Positions 37,120-50,136 of a stretch of DNA of 64,000 nucleotides are shown piece after piece. Both the position numbers and the translations under genes were made by a program. Source of the stretch: Myxococcota bacterium (GTDB lineage Bacteria > Myxococcota_A > UBA9160 > UBA4427). The notes beneath the pieces were generated by a model. It made no database searches. It was not told where the DNA came from and saw only the letters and a list, made by a program, of their open reading frames with translations. Within the stretch, counting starts at the first letter, position 1; the number at the start of each line of letters is the position of its first letter. The DNA lies in NCBI GenBank assembly GCA_965250285.1, contig OZ252299.1, positions 4,896,001 through 4,960,000 on the forward strand, given 5' to 3'.

Positions 37120-38331
37120 TCAGGCCGAGGCCACTTCGGCTCGGCCGAGCACGTGCGGGGCGCGCTGCTCGAGCGTCTCGACGAGCACCTCGACGAGCGC
37201 ATCGATCTCGTCGTCGGCATGCGTCGCCATCGGCGTGATGCGCAGCCGCGCGGTGCCCTCGGGCACCGACGGGTGGCGGATGCCCTGGGCGTAGAAGCCG
37301 CGGGCGAGCATGTCTTCGCAGACCGCCATCGTCGTCGGGTTGTCGCCGATCACGACGGGCACGATCTGGGTCTCGGAGGGCGCCGTCGAGATGCCGTGGA
37401 CCGCGAGGCCGTCGCGCAATCGTTTCGCTTTCAATTGCAGAGCGACGCGCCGACCCGGCTCTCGGCGCACGAGGTCGATCGCTGCCCGAGCCGCTGCGAC
37501 CTGGGGCGGTGCCAGCGCGCACGAGAAGATGAAGCTGCGGGCGGTGTTGACGAGCAGCTCGCGCAGCAGGTGACTGCCCGCCACGAACGCGCCGAAGGCA
37601 CCGAGTGCCTTGCCGAGCGTGCCCATGTGGACGTCGACGAGGTCGAGCACGCCCTGGTGCTCGCCCGACCCGCGGCCGAGCTCGCCGATGCAGCCCGTGC
37701 CGTGCGCATCATCGAGCAGAGTCATGCAATCGTACTGCTTCGCGATCGAGAGCATCTCGCGAAGCGGCGGCATGTGACCATCCATCGAGTAGACGCCATC
37801 GAGCGCCAGCAGCACGCGTCGCCCCGCCGAGCGGGCCTCGTCGCACACCTTCGCGAGCCGCTCGGTGTCGCCATGGGCGATCACCTCGACCTCGGCGCGC
37901 GAGAGCTTCGCCCCGTCGATGATCGAAGCGTGATTCAGCCGGTCGCTCACGATCAGATCACGCGGGCCGACGAGCGCCGGGATCACGCCGACGTTGGCCA
38001 TGTACCCGGTGCCGAACGCGAGCGCCGCTTCGGTGCCCATCAGCTCGGCGAGCTCGGCCTCGAGCGCCTCGTGCAAGTCGAGGTTGCCGGTGATGAGGCG
38101 CGACCCGCCGGCCGCGCAGCCATGCGAGTCGGCGGCGGCCGCGGCCGCCTGCATCACTTCGGGGTGTCGGGCGAGGTCGAGGTAGTTGCTGCCGGCGAAG
38201 AGCAGACAGTCGCGGCCGTCGACGTGCATCCGCGTGGCCTGGGCGCCGGCGAGCACGCGCATGCGCCGATGCGTTCCGCGTTCGCGGATCGCACCCAGCG
38301 TCTCATGGGCGACGTCGTCGAGCAGCGCCAC
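37120..38331 (-). CDS. bioF: 8-amino-7-oxononanoate synthase
   Basis: SNYLDL, GGSRLITG, DRLNHASIIDG, DDAHG, GTLGKALG. Confidence 0.95.
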   Translation of the reverse strand: MALLDDVAHETLGAIRERGTHRRMRVLAGAQATRMHVDGRDCLLFAGSNYLDLARHPEVMQAAAAAADSHGCAAGGSRLITGNLDLHEALEAELAELMGTEAALAFGTGYMANVGVIPALVGPRDLIVSDRLNHASIIDGAKLSRAEVEVIAHGDTERLAKVCDEARSAGRRVLLALDGVYSMDGHMPPLREMLSIAKQYDCMTLLDDAHGTGCIGELGRGSGEHQGVLDLVDVHMGTLGKALGAFGAFVAGSHLLRELLVNTARSFIFSCALAPPQVAAARAAIDLVRREPGRRVALQLKAKRLRDGLAVHGISTAPSETQIVPVVIGDNPTTMAVCEDMLARGFYAQGIRHPSVPEGTARLRITPMATHADDEIDALVEVLVETLEQRAPHVLGRAEVASA

Positions 38332-38349
38332 GACCGACCGCCGCGCGCG

Positions 38350-39504
38350 CTAGCGCGCGTCTCCGCCGTCGGCCGAGTCGATCTGCAGCAGCGGCGTCTT
38401 CGAGATGCCGCGCTGACCATCGGGCCCGGCGATCTCGGGCTTGATCAGCTGGTCGCCGCCCCCCGGCACCTGGAACGCCTCGGCGCCCGTGGCTTCGGTC
38501 GCGCTGGCGAGCAGCGAGTCGTCGTACATCGCGTTGCCCTCGACCTCGAAGCCCGCGTCGCGGATCAGCTCGTAGGTCTCGCGCGTCGCATCGCCCCGGG
38601 TCGTGAGATAGCCGTCGACGAAGAGCGAGTTCGCCGCGTAGAGCGCCATCGCCTGCAGGCCGCGCAGGTGCCCTTCACGGCCGCCCGCGATGCGCAGCTC
38701 GGCGCGCGGGTTCGCGAAGCGCATCAGGCAGAGGCCGCGCAGGCAGCGCTCGGGCGTGAGCGAGCCGTCGTCCATCACCTGGTTGCCTTCGATCGGGATC
38801 AAGAAGTTCACCGGGATCGAGGGCACGTCGAGGCGTCGCAGATCGCTCGCGACCTCGAAGACGTCGGCGCTCGTCTCACCCATGCCGAGGATCAGCCCGC
38901 TGCACGAACCGATGCCGTGGCTGCGCGCCGCCTCGAGGGTCTTGATGCGATCGGCGTAGGTATGCGTCGAGCAGATCTTCTCGTAGTTCTTCTCGCTGGT
39001 GTTCAGGTTGTGGTTGAGGCGATCGAGCCCGGCCTCGCCGAGAATGCGCGCGTGCTCGTCTTCGATGAGCCCCGCCGAGAGACAGACCTCGATCGGGTAC
39101 TTGTCCTTGATGCCCTTGATCAGCCCGGCGAGCTTCTTCGTGCGCTCGATCGACGGTCCCCGACCCGAGAGCACCATGCAGTAGCGACTCGCGCCCGACT
39201 GCGCGGCGCGCTCCGCCTCTTCGAAGATCTCGTCGTCGGTCTTCATCGGGTACTGCCGAATCGCCGCCTTCGAGTTCTTGTTCTGCGAGCAGTAGCCGCA
39301 GTCTTCGGGGCAGAGCCCGTTCTGCACGTTGTTCAGGATGTGCACCATGACCTTGCGACCGAAGTGCGCCTGGCGCGGCTGAAAGGCCGCGTGCAGCAGG
39401 GGCAGCAGCTCGACGCCGGGGTCGTCCATGATGCGGACGGCGTCTTCGAGCGCGAGGTGTTCGTCGCGCAGGGCGGCGTCGGCGAGGCGGGCGTAGAAAT
39501 CCAT
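38350..39504 (-). CDS. bioB: biotin synthase
   Basis: CPEDCGYCSQ, NHNLNTS, CSGLILGMGE, SIPVNFL, RIAGGRE. Confidence 0.96.
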   Translation of the reverse strand: MDFYARLADAALRDEHLALEDAVRIMDDPGVELLPLLHAAFQPRQAHFGRKVMVHILNNVQNGLCPEDCGYCSQNKNSKAAIRQYPMKTDDEIFEEAERAAQSGASRYCMVLSGRGPSIERTKKLAGLIKGIKDKYPIEVCLSAGLIEDEHARILGEAGLDRLNHNLNTSEKNYEKICSTHTYADRIKTLEAARSHGIGSCSGLILGMGETSADVFEVASDLRRLDVPSIPVNFLIPIEGNQVMDDGSLTPERCLRGLCLMRFANPRAELRIAGGREGHLRGLQAMALYAANSLFVDGYLTTRGDATRETYELIRDAGFEVEGNAMYDDSLLASATEATGAEAFQVPGGGDQLIKPEIAGPDGQRGISKTPLLQIDSADGGDAR

Positions 39505-39780
39505 GGGGCAGGGGCTCCAGCTGGGTGGGCGGGGCTGTCGGGGATCGGCCGTCGCGCGGGCCGGGCCGGGCGAGTCGACCCGGCCGGGCCGCTCGCCGTC
39601 CAAGCCTAGGGACGGGGCCGAAGCGCTGTCAACCAGCGCGGCAGTGGCGGTTGACGGGCTGGAGCGCGCGATGGGTCGGGCGCGCCGGGACACCTCGGGC
39701 CGAGCTGAAACCGGGCTGAGCAGCCCGAGACGGGTCGAATCGCCTCGCACCTCGCCTCGCGCCGACTACACTGCCGCGTC

Positions 39781-41217
39781 ATGGCCAAGGCCCGCACCGT
39801 CTTCACATGCAACGAATGCGGCGCCCAGCAGCCGAAGTGGCTGGGGCGCTGCCCCGAATGCGGCGCCTGGGACAGCCTGGTCGAAGAGCGATTCGCGAAG
39901 CCGGTCGCGCCACCCGCGGGGGCTCCGGCCGGTTTCGGCAGCGTCGAGGGCGACGGCAAACCGCTCGCCCTCGGCGAGATCGACGCCGACGCGCGGCCGC
40001 GCCTGCCGACGGGCATCGACGAGCTCGACCGGGTGCTCGGCGGGGGCCTGGTGCCCGGGTCGGTCGTGCTGCTCGGCGGCGAGCCCGGCGTCGGCAAGTC
40101 GACGCTCGCGCTCCAGGCGGCGGCGAAGATCCAGGGCCGCGGCCACCGGGTGCTCTACGTGAGCGGCGAGGAGAGCCCCGAGCAGATCCGGCTGCGCGCG
40201 GATCGGCTGGAGGACGTACCGGCCGACATCCGGGTGCTCGCCGAGACGCGGGTCGAGGCCATTGCCGAACCGTGGCAGGAGCTGCGGCCCGACTTTTTGT
40301 TGATCGACTCGATCCAGACGATGCGCTGCGAACGCGTCGAGTCGGCCGCGGGCAGCGTGGCGCAGGTGCGCGAGAGCGCGGCGATGCTCGCGGCGATGGC
40401 GAAGCAACAGGGCACGGCGCTGGTGCTCGTCGGCCACGTCACGAAGGAGGGCTCGATCGCCGGCCCGCGCGTGCTCGAGCACCTGGTCGACGCCGTGCTC
40501 GCGTTCGAGGGCGACCGCCAGCATGCGTTCCGCTTGCTGCGGGCGACGAAGAACCGCTTCGGTTCGGCGCAGGAGGTCGGGGTCTTTCACATGAACGATG
40601 CGGGGCTCGAGCCGGTCGAGAACCCGAGCGAGCTCTTCCTCGCCGAACGTGCGAGCGGTGCGCCGGGCGCGTGCATCGTGCCGATCCTCGAGGGCACGCG
40701 GCCGATGCTGGTCGAAGTGCAGGCGCTCGTGGCGGGCGCGGCATACGGCACGCCGCGGCGCACGACCATCGGCATGGAGGATGGGCGCGTCGCGCTGCTG
40801 CTCGCGGTGCTCGATCGTCGCACCGATGTCGATCTGCTCTCGCGCGACGTCTACGTGAACGTGGCCGGTGGCGTGCGGGTGGGCGAGACGGCAGCCGATC
40901 TCGCGCTCGTGCTCGCGATCGCGTCGAGTCGGCTCGACCTCGAGGTGCCGGCGACGGTGGCGGCCTGCGGCGAGGTGGGGCTCTCGGGCGAGGTGCGGCG
41001 GGTCGCGCGCCTCGACGTACGGGTGCGTGAGGCGGCGCGCCTCGGCTTCGAGACCGTGCTGGTCCCCGACGCCTCGGCGAAGAAGCTGGCCAAGGACGCA
41101 GAATGCGAACTCGTTCCCATTCGGACGGTGGCGGACGCCGTCGGCTGGTTGCGTTCCCACGCCACCGCGATCCGGACGCCCGGGGGCACTGCTCGGGACG
41201 CCTCCGAGCATCATTGA
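39781..41217 (+). CDS. radA: DNA repair protein RadA/Sms
   Basis: C4 zinc finger, GEPGVGKST, KNRFG, Lon-like C-terminus. Confidence 0.96.
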   Translation: MAKARTVFTCNECGAQQPKWLGRCPECGAWDSLVEERFAKPVAPPAGAPAGFGSVEGDGKPLALGEIDADARPRLPTGIDELDRVLGGGLVPGSVVLLGGEPGVGKSTLALQAAAKIQGRGHRVLYVSGEESPEQIRLRADRLEDVPADIRVLAETRVEAIAEPWQELRPDFLLIDSIQTMRCERVESAAGSVAQVRESAAMLAAMAKQQGTALVLVGHVTKEGSIAGPRVLEHLVDAVLAFEGDRQHAFRLLRATKNRFGSAQEVGVFHMNDAGLEPVENPSELFLAERASGAPGACIVPILEGTRPMLVEVQALVAGAAYGTPRRTTIGMEDGRVALLLAVLDRRTDVDLLSRDVYVNVAGGVRVGETAADLALVLAIASSRLDLEVPATVAACGEVGLSGEVRRVARLDVRVREAARLGFETVLVPDASAKKLAKDAECELVPIRTVADAVGWLRSHATAIRTPGGTARDASEHH

Positions 41218-41300
41218 ACGTACGATAAACGTCCGGAAACCCTGCATTTTTCGGTTTCGTCCAACTGGACACGCCAGAGCGTCGCGCTAGCTTCGAACCG

Positions 41301-42356
41301 ATGCCCGAGACCCCCCCGACTGCATCCGAGCGCTTCTCTCTGGTGTTCGAACGCATCTCGCCGGCCCTCGATCTCGTCGAGCGCGCCATGCGCGAGCAGC
41401 TCCCGAGCAAGGCCGAGCTGATGCCCCTGCTCGGCGACCACGTGATCGCGAGTGGGGGGAAGCGCATCCGCCCCGCGCTGTTGATCCTGGCCGCCGAGCT
41501 GTGCGGCTACACCGGCCCTCGCTCGATTCAGATCGCCGCCGCCATCGAGCTGCTGCACACCGCGACCCTGCTGCACGACGACGTCGTCGACGTCGCCGAC
41601 CTGCGACGCGGGCAGCCCTCGGCCAACGTGATCTGGGGCAACCGCCGTGCCGTGCTCGGGGGTGACTTCTTCTACGCGCGCGCGAGCTCGATGATCGTCG
41701 AAGACGGCGAGATCGACCTCCTCGAGATCTTCTCGCGCACGATTCGGCTGATGGCCGAGGGCGAGCTGCTGCAGCTGCAGGCGAGCTTCGACGCCGGCGT
41801 CACCGAGGCCCACTACTACGACGTGATCGACCGCAAGAGCGCGTCGCTGCTGTCGGCGGCTTGCGAGGCGGGCGCGATCATCGGCGGCGTGACGCGCACC
41901 GAGCGGCGCTGCCTCGCCGAGTTCGGGCGCGAGCTGGGGCTGGCCTTCCAGATCAAGGACGATGCGCTCGACTACGACACGGCGGCCGCCACGCTCGGCA
42001 AGGAGCCCTTCGCCGATCTGCGCGAGGGCAAGGTGACGCTGCCGCTGCTGCTGACGCTCAAGCGCTGCACCCACTCAGAGCGCGACCTCGTGGCGTCGAT
42101 CCTCAAGCAGGCCGCACGCCACGCGAGCGACTCGCTCGAGGGCAAGCAAGCGGGCAGCGAAGGCGAGCCGGTCGCGCCGATCGACTTCACGCCGGTGCTC
42201 GAGCTGATCGAGCGCCACCACGGCATTGCCGACTCGCTGCGGCGCGCCGATGAGCACGTGCATCGCGCCACGCACGCCATCGCGGCCTTCCCCGACGGCT
42301 CCGCGAAGCAGGCCCTGCGCAGCGCGGCGGTCTACGCGGTCTCGCGCGACCGCTGA
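41301..42356 (+). CDS. ispB: polyprenyl (octaprenyl-like) diphosphate synthase
   Basis: GGKRIRP, LLHDDVVD..RRG, AFQIKDDALD, DLREGKVTLP. Confidence 0.88.
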   Translation: MPETPPTASERFSLVFERISPALDLVERAMREQLPSKAELMPLLGDHVIASGGKRIRPALLILAAELCGYTGPRSIQIAAAIELLHTATLLHDDVVDVADLRRGQPSANVIWGNRRAVLGGDFFYARASSMIVEDGEIDLLEIFSRTIRLMAEGELLQLQASFDAGVTEAHYYDVIDRKSASLLSAACEAGAIIGGVTRTERRCLAEFGRELGLAFQIKDDALDYDTAAATLGKEPFADLREGKVTLPLLLTLKRCTHSERDLVASILKQAARHASDSLEGKQAGSEGEPVAPIDFTPVLELIERHHGIADSLRRADEHVHRATHAIAAFPDGSAKQALRSAAVYAVSRDR

Positions 42357-42412
42357 GTCGCGACGCAGATCCGCCGCTCGATCCACCCCCGAGGTCCCGG
42401 GGAATCGAAACG

Positions 42413-42811
42413 ATGAAGCGAAGCAATGCGACGACCGGTCGGACGTTCCGCCCGGCTTCGGCATCGCCCTGGCGCCGCGCGTGTCTGGTGGCCCTGGCCC
42501 TGGTGGCCGTGGCCGCTGCGCCGGCCTCGGCCGTGGGCAAGAGCGGCCCGGCCGGTGTGGTCGTGAACATCAATACGGCGACAGCCGAAGAGCTGCAGGC
42601 CCTGCCGGGCATCGGCACCGCGCGCGCCGACGCGATCGTGGCGCTGCGCAAGGAGCGCGGTGCCTTTCGCAGCGTCGACGAGCTGCTCGAAGTGCGCGGC
42701 GTCGGGCCCGCCATGCTCGACCGCATGCGCAAGAACGTCGCGCTGAGTGGCCCGACGCGTCTCGGCGGCTCGGGTGCAAAGTCGACGCCCGCCAAGAAGG
42801 GCGGGCGCTGA
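42413..42811 (+). CDS. comEA: ComEA family helix-hairpin-helix DNA-binding protein
   Basis: Signal peptide; VNINTATAEELQALPGIG...EVRGVG. Confidence 0.88.
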   Translation: MKRSNATTGRTFRPASASPWRRACLVALALVAVAAAPASAVGKSGPAGVVVNINTATAEELQALPGIGTARADAIVALRKERGAFRSVDELLEVRGVGPAMLDRMRKNVALSGPTRLGGSGAKSTPAKKGGR

Positions 42812-42926
42812 GCGCGGATCGCCCGCGCAAACGGCTCGAAAAGGGCGCCGCCGTCCACCGAGGCGGCGGCGTCCGAAAGGCTAGTCTCGCGCCGTGCCCG
42901 ATTTCTCGAGACAGCGCGTGGCGGCC

Positions 42927-43865
42927 ATGAGGCCTGATTCGGGCCGCCCGTTGGCGCAGGCGCCTGTCCGCCCGCGTGGCCTCGCGTTTGTCGTGCTCGC
43001 GACGCTCGGCCTCACTCTCGGGTTGCTCGCACCGTGCGCGGCTTGGGCCGAGGCACCCGGCGAGCTGCGGCGGGTGGTCTCACTGAATCCATCGCTCACC
43101 GCGATCACGATGACGCTCGGCGCCGAGGATCGGCTGGTCGCGATCGACGACTACTCGGCGAAGCTCCGGCCCGAGCTCGACACGTTGCCCCGCGTGGGCG
43201 GTCTGCACTCACCGAACCTCGAGGCCGTGGTCGCCCTCGAGCCCGACGCGGTGATGCTCGTGCCGAGCGTCGCGCAGAAGGATTTTCGCGCGCGGCTCGA
43301 GGCGCTGGGCGTGCGCGTCGAGGTGTTCGACAACACGCGCTTCGATCAGGTGCTCGAGAACATCGAGCGCCTCGGTCGTCTGCTCGGCCGCGAGACCGAG
43401 GCCCAGGCACGCATCGCCGCGATCGACCGGGCACGCAAACAGGCGACCGAGGTCGGTGCGCTCCACGATGCGCCGAGCGTCGTACTCGTGATCCAACGCG
43501 AGCCGCTCTACGTGGTCGGGCGCGACAGCTTCATGGCCGAGATGCTCGCGATGCTCGGTGCCCGCAATCTCGGCGATGCCTTCGACAGCCCGTATCCCCG
43601 CGTCGACGTCGAATGGCTGGTGGCGGCCGGGCCCGATGTGGTGATCGAGTTCGCCGACGACGCACAGGAGGTGCTCGCCTATTGGCGGGGCTTCGCAAGC
43701 CTGCCGGCGGTGAAGATGGAGCGCGTCTACAGGTTGCCGCCGGGCTCGATCAGCCTGCCGGGCCCCGATCTCGACCTCGCGCTGGTGCGCCTCGCGCGCG
43801 TGCTCTACGGCGAGCCGGCGGCGCGCGCGGTCGCGCGTACGCCGCCCGAAGGTCCGACGCCGTGA
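42927..43865 (+). CDS. ABC transporter substrate-binding protein (BtuF/helical-backbone type)
   Basis: RVVSLNPSLT, PNLEAVVALEPD, PGP. Confidence 0.85.
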   Translation: MRPDSGRPLAQAPVRPRGLAFVVLATLGLTLGLLAPCAAWAEAPGELRRVVSLNPSLTAITMTLGAEDRLVAIDDYSAKLRPELDTLPRVGGLHSPNLEAVVALEPDAVMLVPSVAQKDFRARLEALGVRVEVFDNTRFDQVLENIERLGRLLGRETEAQARIAAIDRARKQATEVGALHDAPSVVLVIQREPLYVVGRDSFMAEMLAMLGARNLGDAFDSPYPRVDVEWLVAAGPDVVIEFADDAQEVLAYWRGFASLPAVKMERVYRLPPGSISLPGPDLDLALVRLARVLYGEPAARAVARTPPEGPTP

Positions 43866-43944
43866 CGCCGCTTCGGGGTCCTGGTGCTGTGCGGGGGGGT
43901 GCCATGCGGTGGCAGGCATCTCGAGTGTTCGGGGGTGCGCTGCG

Positions 43945-44969
43945 ATGAAGCCGCTCGCGTCGCTGACGCTCGCGCGCTTCGTCTTCGTCACGGGCTCGCT
44001 GGCGCTGTTCGCCGTGTTCGCGGCGGCGGTCGGTCTGCTCGCCGGCTCGAGCGGTTTGTCGCCCGACGAGGTGCTCGCTGCGCTCTCGCCGGGCGCGGAC
44101 GGCGCGGCCGCCGACATCGTGCGGGGCATCCGCCTGCCGCGGGTCGTGCTGGCGCTGCTCGTGGGCGCCTGCCTCGCGGTGTCGGGCGTCGTCTTCCAGG
44201 CGCTGCTGCGCAACCCGCTGGCCGACCCGTACATCCTCGGCATCTCGGGGGGGGCGGCGCTCGCGGGCATCGCGGTGCTCTCGCTCGGTGGGCTCGTCGG
44301 TCTCGGCATGAGCGCGGTGCCGCCGGTCGCCTTCGCCGGCGGGTGCGCCGCGACGGCGCTCCTCTATCTCTTCGGCGGCTTCGGTGCCCGCTTCTCGCCG
44401 ACGCATCTGCTTCTGACCGGCGTCGTCTTCAACGCCATCTCGAGCGCGGCGATCGTCTTTCTCGCATCGGCCTCGGGCCTGATGGAGAGCGCGCGCATCT
44501 TCGTCTGGCTGATCGGCGGCCTGGCTTCGACGCGGGTGGCGCTGATCGGCTGGGTCGCACTGTTCCTCGTGGTCGGCCTCGGTGTGGCGATGCTGCTCGC
44601 CCGATCTCTCGACATGCTCGCGCTGGGCGATGACACCGCGCTTCAGCTCGGCGTCGACGTCGAGCGTCACAAGCGCTGGCTGCTCGGTGCGACCGCCTTG
44701 ATGGTCGCCGCGGCGGTCTCGGTCTCGGGCTTGATCGGCTTCGTCGGTCTGATCGTGCCCCATCTGCTGCGTCTGCTGATCGGCAGCGAGCATCGCCTGC
44801 TCGTGCCCGCCGCCGCGCTCGGTGGGGGCGCCTTTCTGTGTCTCTGTGACACCCTCGCGCGCACCCTGCTCGATGGGCGCGAGCTGCCGGTCGGCGCGAT
44901 CACCGCGCTGGTTGGCGGACCCTTCTTTCTCTTTCTCCTCCGCACGAGCCAGCGCCGGGTGTTCTCGTC

Positions 44970-44973
<4 letters not shown>
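43945..44973 (+). CDS. ABC transporter permease (BtuC/FecCD family)
   Basis: IRLPRV, RNPLADPYILGISGGA, IGFVGLIVPH, ELPVGAITALVGGP. Confidence 0.92.
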
Positions 44974-47247
<2,274 letters not shown>

Positions 47248-47273
47248 GCGCAGCCGATCGCACGGGGGGGCGG

Positions 47274-48215
47274 ATGTCGGTCAACGAGACGAGTCGACGA
47301 GAACGGCGCTTCGGCTGGCTGTTCGCTGCGCTGGTTGCGTGCATGGCGCTCGCCGGGCTCGGGCCCGATCTTGCCCGCGCCTTCGTGCCGGCGCCCGATC
47401 GGCTCGCCGACGCGGTGGCCGACACGAACAAGGCAGCGGGCCGCGACGAAGCGATCAAGCTCGAGCTGTCGATGGGCGTCGGCGACCGCGTCGACATCGG
47501 CCAGGGCGAGCTCGTGTCGCACCCGACCGGGCTCGCCCGCCTCGAGCTGCGCGGCGCGGGTGGCCTCGTCGAGCGACACCTGCTGCGCGGCACCGAACGG
47601 CTCGCGACCCGCAACGGCGAACGGCTCGATGACGCGCGCTTCTTCTTGCCGCCGGTCTTCCTGCTGCAGGCGCAGAGCGGAGGCGCCCTGCGCGCCGCCC
47701 TCGAGAGCTTCGGCATCGGCGTCGACGTCGTCGGCCTCGCGCCCTGCGGCGACATCGACTGTTACGTCCTCGGCGACACGGCGCGGGCCGTTCCGCGACC
47801 GCCCTACCCGCCCATTCGCGGGCTCGATGACGACGACTCGACCGGCATGGCCGACGAGGAGGACCTCGCGGCGCGCATCCGCTTCACCGACGGCGGCACG
47901 CTGCTCGACGAGCGTGAGGCCGAAGATCGCACGCAGCTCGCGGGCACCGACCTCGCCACGAGCTTCCCGGTCAGCACCGCGACGCTGTGGATCGACCTCG
48001 AGAGCTACGACATTCGCCGCCTCGGCTCGCGCAGTGGCGTGCGCGTGACGTTCGGTCCCGAGGCCGTCTTCGACGACCTGCGCGTGCCGTCGTGGATTCG
48101 CATCGAAGAGCCGGACAAGATGCCCGTGAAGTTCGACGTGATCCGCGCGACCAAGGTCAGCGCCCCGGCCTCGTCGTTCGGCGAAGACTGGCTCGACGCC
48201 CAGCCCCTGCCCTGA
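47274..48215 (+). CDS. exported hypothetical protein (possibly LolA-like fold)
   Basis: N-terminal hydrophobic signal, beta-rich body, typical codon usage; fold guess is weak. Confidence 0.6.
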   Translation: MSVNETSRRERRFGWLFAALVACMALAGLGPDLARAFVPAPDRLADAVADTNKAAGRDEAIKLELSMGVGDRVDIGQGELVSHPTGLARLELRGAGGLVERHLLRGTERLATRNGERLDDARFFLPPVFLLQAQSGGALRAALESFGIGVDVVGLAPCGDIDCYVLGDTARAVPRPPYPPIRGLDDDDSTGMADEEDLAARIRFTDGGTLLDEREAEDRTQLAGTDLATSFPVSTATLWIDLESYDIRRLGSRSGVRVTFGPEAVFDDLRVPSWIRIEEPDKMPVKFDVIRATKVSAPASSFGEDWLDAQPLP

Positions 48216-48446
48216 CGACGGGTCGCCCGTCCCGACCGCAGCGGCGATCTCTCAGACTCTGAGGGGGTCCCCCCACCGATGGTGGAAAAATCGGGGAATG
48301 GGTGAATCCGTCCTCATGAAAATTTCTGCGTCTGCCGAAGAAGATCCCTGTCAAGCATCACTCACCCGCGCAGCGGGACGTCGGAGCCGCAGGGGGCGGC
48401 GGCCGGGGTCACCGAAGCGCGCGAATGATCCAGGGGGGATGGAACG

Positions 48447-49052
48447 ATGGGCAACCCGCAGCGACTGAACGTGCTCGTGGTCGATCCGGAAGAGGAGTCG
48501 AGCCTGCAGCTCAAGCAGGCGCTCACCGACGAGGGCTACCAGGTGCTGAGCCTGTCCGACCCCGGCCAGGCGGCCGATGAGGTTCGCACCGGCACGCATC
48601 AGCTCGTCATCATCGACGTGTCGCCGGGCAACCCGACGGGCTTCGAAGCGCTGAAGGTCGTGCGCGGGATCGATACCGACCTCTGCGTGATCGCCACGAC
48701 GTCGATGCCGACGGTCGAGATGGCGGTGACGACGATGAAGCATCAGGCCTTCCACTACCTGCAGAAGCCGATCGATGACGACGAGCTTCGCGCGGTGCTG
48801 AAGGAGGCCATCAAGGAGAAGGGTCTGCTGGTCGACCTCGAGACGCGGCTCAATGCCGAGGTCGGTCGCCGCATTCGCGAGCGACGCCACGCGCAGCCGC
48901 TCACGCTGAAGCAGCTCGCGAACCGCACGGGTCTGTCGGTGAGCCTGATCTCGCAGATCGAGCTCGGCAAGAGCGCGGCCTCGATGTCGACGCTGCACAA
49001 GCTCTCGACTGCGCTCGGTGTGCCGATGACCTACTTCTTCGAAACGGTCTGA
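48447..49052 (+). CDS. response regulator with C-terminal XRE-type HTH
   Basis: REC domain (LVVD, IIDV, YLQKP) plus LTLKQLANRTGLSVSLISQIELGK. Confidence 0.9.
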   Translation: MGNPQRLNVLVVDPEEESSLQLKQALTDEGYQVLSLSDPGQAADEVRTGTHQLVIIDVSPGNPTGFEALKVVRGIDTDLCVIATTSMPTVEMAVTTMKHQAFHYLQKPIDDDELRAVLKEAIKEKGLLVDLETRLNAEVGRRIRERRHAQPLTLKQLANRTGLSVSLISQIELGKSAASMSTLHKLSTALGVPMTYFFETV

Positions 49053-49118
49053 ACGACGCACACACCGCCGAGAAACGGCGCAGCCCCCAGCGCTCGACTC
49101 GGCCGCATCGAACGACAC

Positions 49119-49156
49119 GCGGGCGAATGACTTCGGTCATTCGCCCGCTTTGTTTT
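49119..49156 (+). terminator. intrinsic terminator
   Basis: 13-bp perfect stem GCGGGCGAATGAC-TTCG-GTCATTCGCCCGC followed by TTTGTTTT. Confidence 0.85.
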
Positions 49157-49190
49157 GGAAGGGGTGAAGCGCTTGGAAGGGGTGAAGCGC
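49155..49190. repeat. 18-bp direct duplication
   Basis: TTGGAAGGGGTGAAGCGC x2. Confidence 0.85.
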
Positions 49191-49192
49191 GA

Positions 49193-49639
49193 TCAGTGCG
49201 CGGTCTTCACCGTCAACACCGGGCAGTGTGCATGGTGCACGACGTAGTCGGTGATGCGGCCCTGCAGCAGATCGCGAATGCGGTGTCGGCCGGCGGCGCC
49301 GATCACGATCATGTCTGCGTGTACGCGCTCGGCCTCTTCGAGCGTGACCTGGGCGGGCAGGCCCTCGCGCGCGATCTCATCGACATCCAGCCCGGCCCGG
49401 CGAACACGGTCGCCGTAGGGGTGCAGCCCACGCTCGGCCTCGATGCGCACCTCGGACCAGAACGGATCGGGGATGTACGCGCCTTCGATCTGCTGAAGCT
49501 CGACGGGCAGGTGGTAGGCGTGCACGAGCACGACTTCGCCGCGGTGCTCTTCGGCGAGGCGAATGCCCCAGTCGACGATCTCGAAGCCGCGCTGCGAGAG
49601 GTCGATCGGGCAGAGGATGCGTTTGACCGACGGATCCAC
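49193..49639 (-). CDS. universal stress protein
   Basis: KRILCPIDLS, ADMIVIGAAGR, VVHHAHCPVLTV; probable GTG start. Confidence 0.88.
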   Translation of the reverse strand: MDPSVKRILCPIDLSQRGFEIVDWGIRLAEEHRGEVVLVHAYHLPVELQQIEGAYIPDPFWSEVRIEAERGLHPYGDRVRRAGLDVDEIAREGLPAQVTLEEAERVHADMIVIGAAGRHRIRDLLQGRITDYVVHHAHCPVLTVKTAH

Positions 49640-49973
49640 GCCGAAATCGTGCAAGCTCGAGCGCGCGGTGTAAAGGAAGAATGCGGGCACGACCGCCGTC
49701 GTCCGGTCGAATGCAGGCAAGCGGCAGCTGCGACGCAGCTGCGCCCCGATTCGACCGAGGGCCGCGCCCGGCCCTCGCCCCCCGGGCCTTCAGGGATTGA
49801 CGCTCCCGAGGCCTCGCCCTACTTTGCCGAGCCTCGCGCAAGCGAGTCCGCCTCTCTGCGGTGTGGGCCCCACCCTGCACCTCCCGCGCGCGTCCAGTGC
49901 GCCCGGGCCACCGAGACCCCCCGAGTCGAGCTCGAACGGGTTGCGGTGCGAGCTTGGAGAGACGAAGGGTTCT

Positions 49974-50049
49974 GGGGCCGTAGCTCAGCTGGGAGAGCGA
50001 CGCGTTCGCAACGCGTAGGTCGGCGGTTCGATCCCGCTCGGCTCCACCA
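49974..50049 (+). tRNA. tRNA-Ala (anticodon CGC)
   Basis: Full cloverleaf GGGGCCG...TTCGCAA...TTCGATC...CGGCTCCACCA with G3.U70 and encoded CCA. Confidence 0.97.
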
Positions 50050-50136
50050 CCCCTTCCCTATCCCCGACCGATCCCGCTCGGCTCCCCCCCGCTTCCCCGA
50101 CCGACCCCGTTCGTGTCCGGATCGCCGCCGCGCGGA

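Noticed and set aside
36416..39504. Novel biotin pathway because bioA/bioC/bioH are absent from the cluster
   Set aside because: These genes are often encoded elsewhere; cannot be judged from one window.
42812..42926. Cobalamin riboswitch before the Btu-like ABC transporter
   Set aside because: Gap is about 115 bp with only a simple hairpin; no B12-box recognised.
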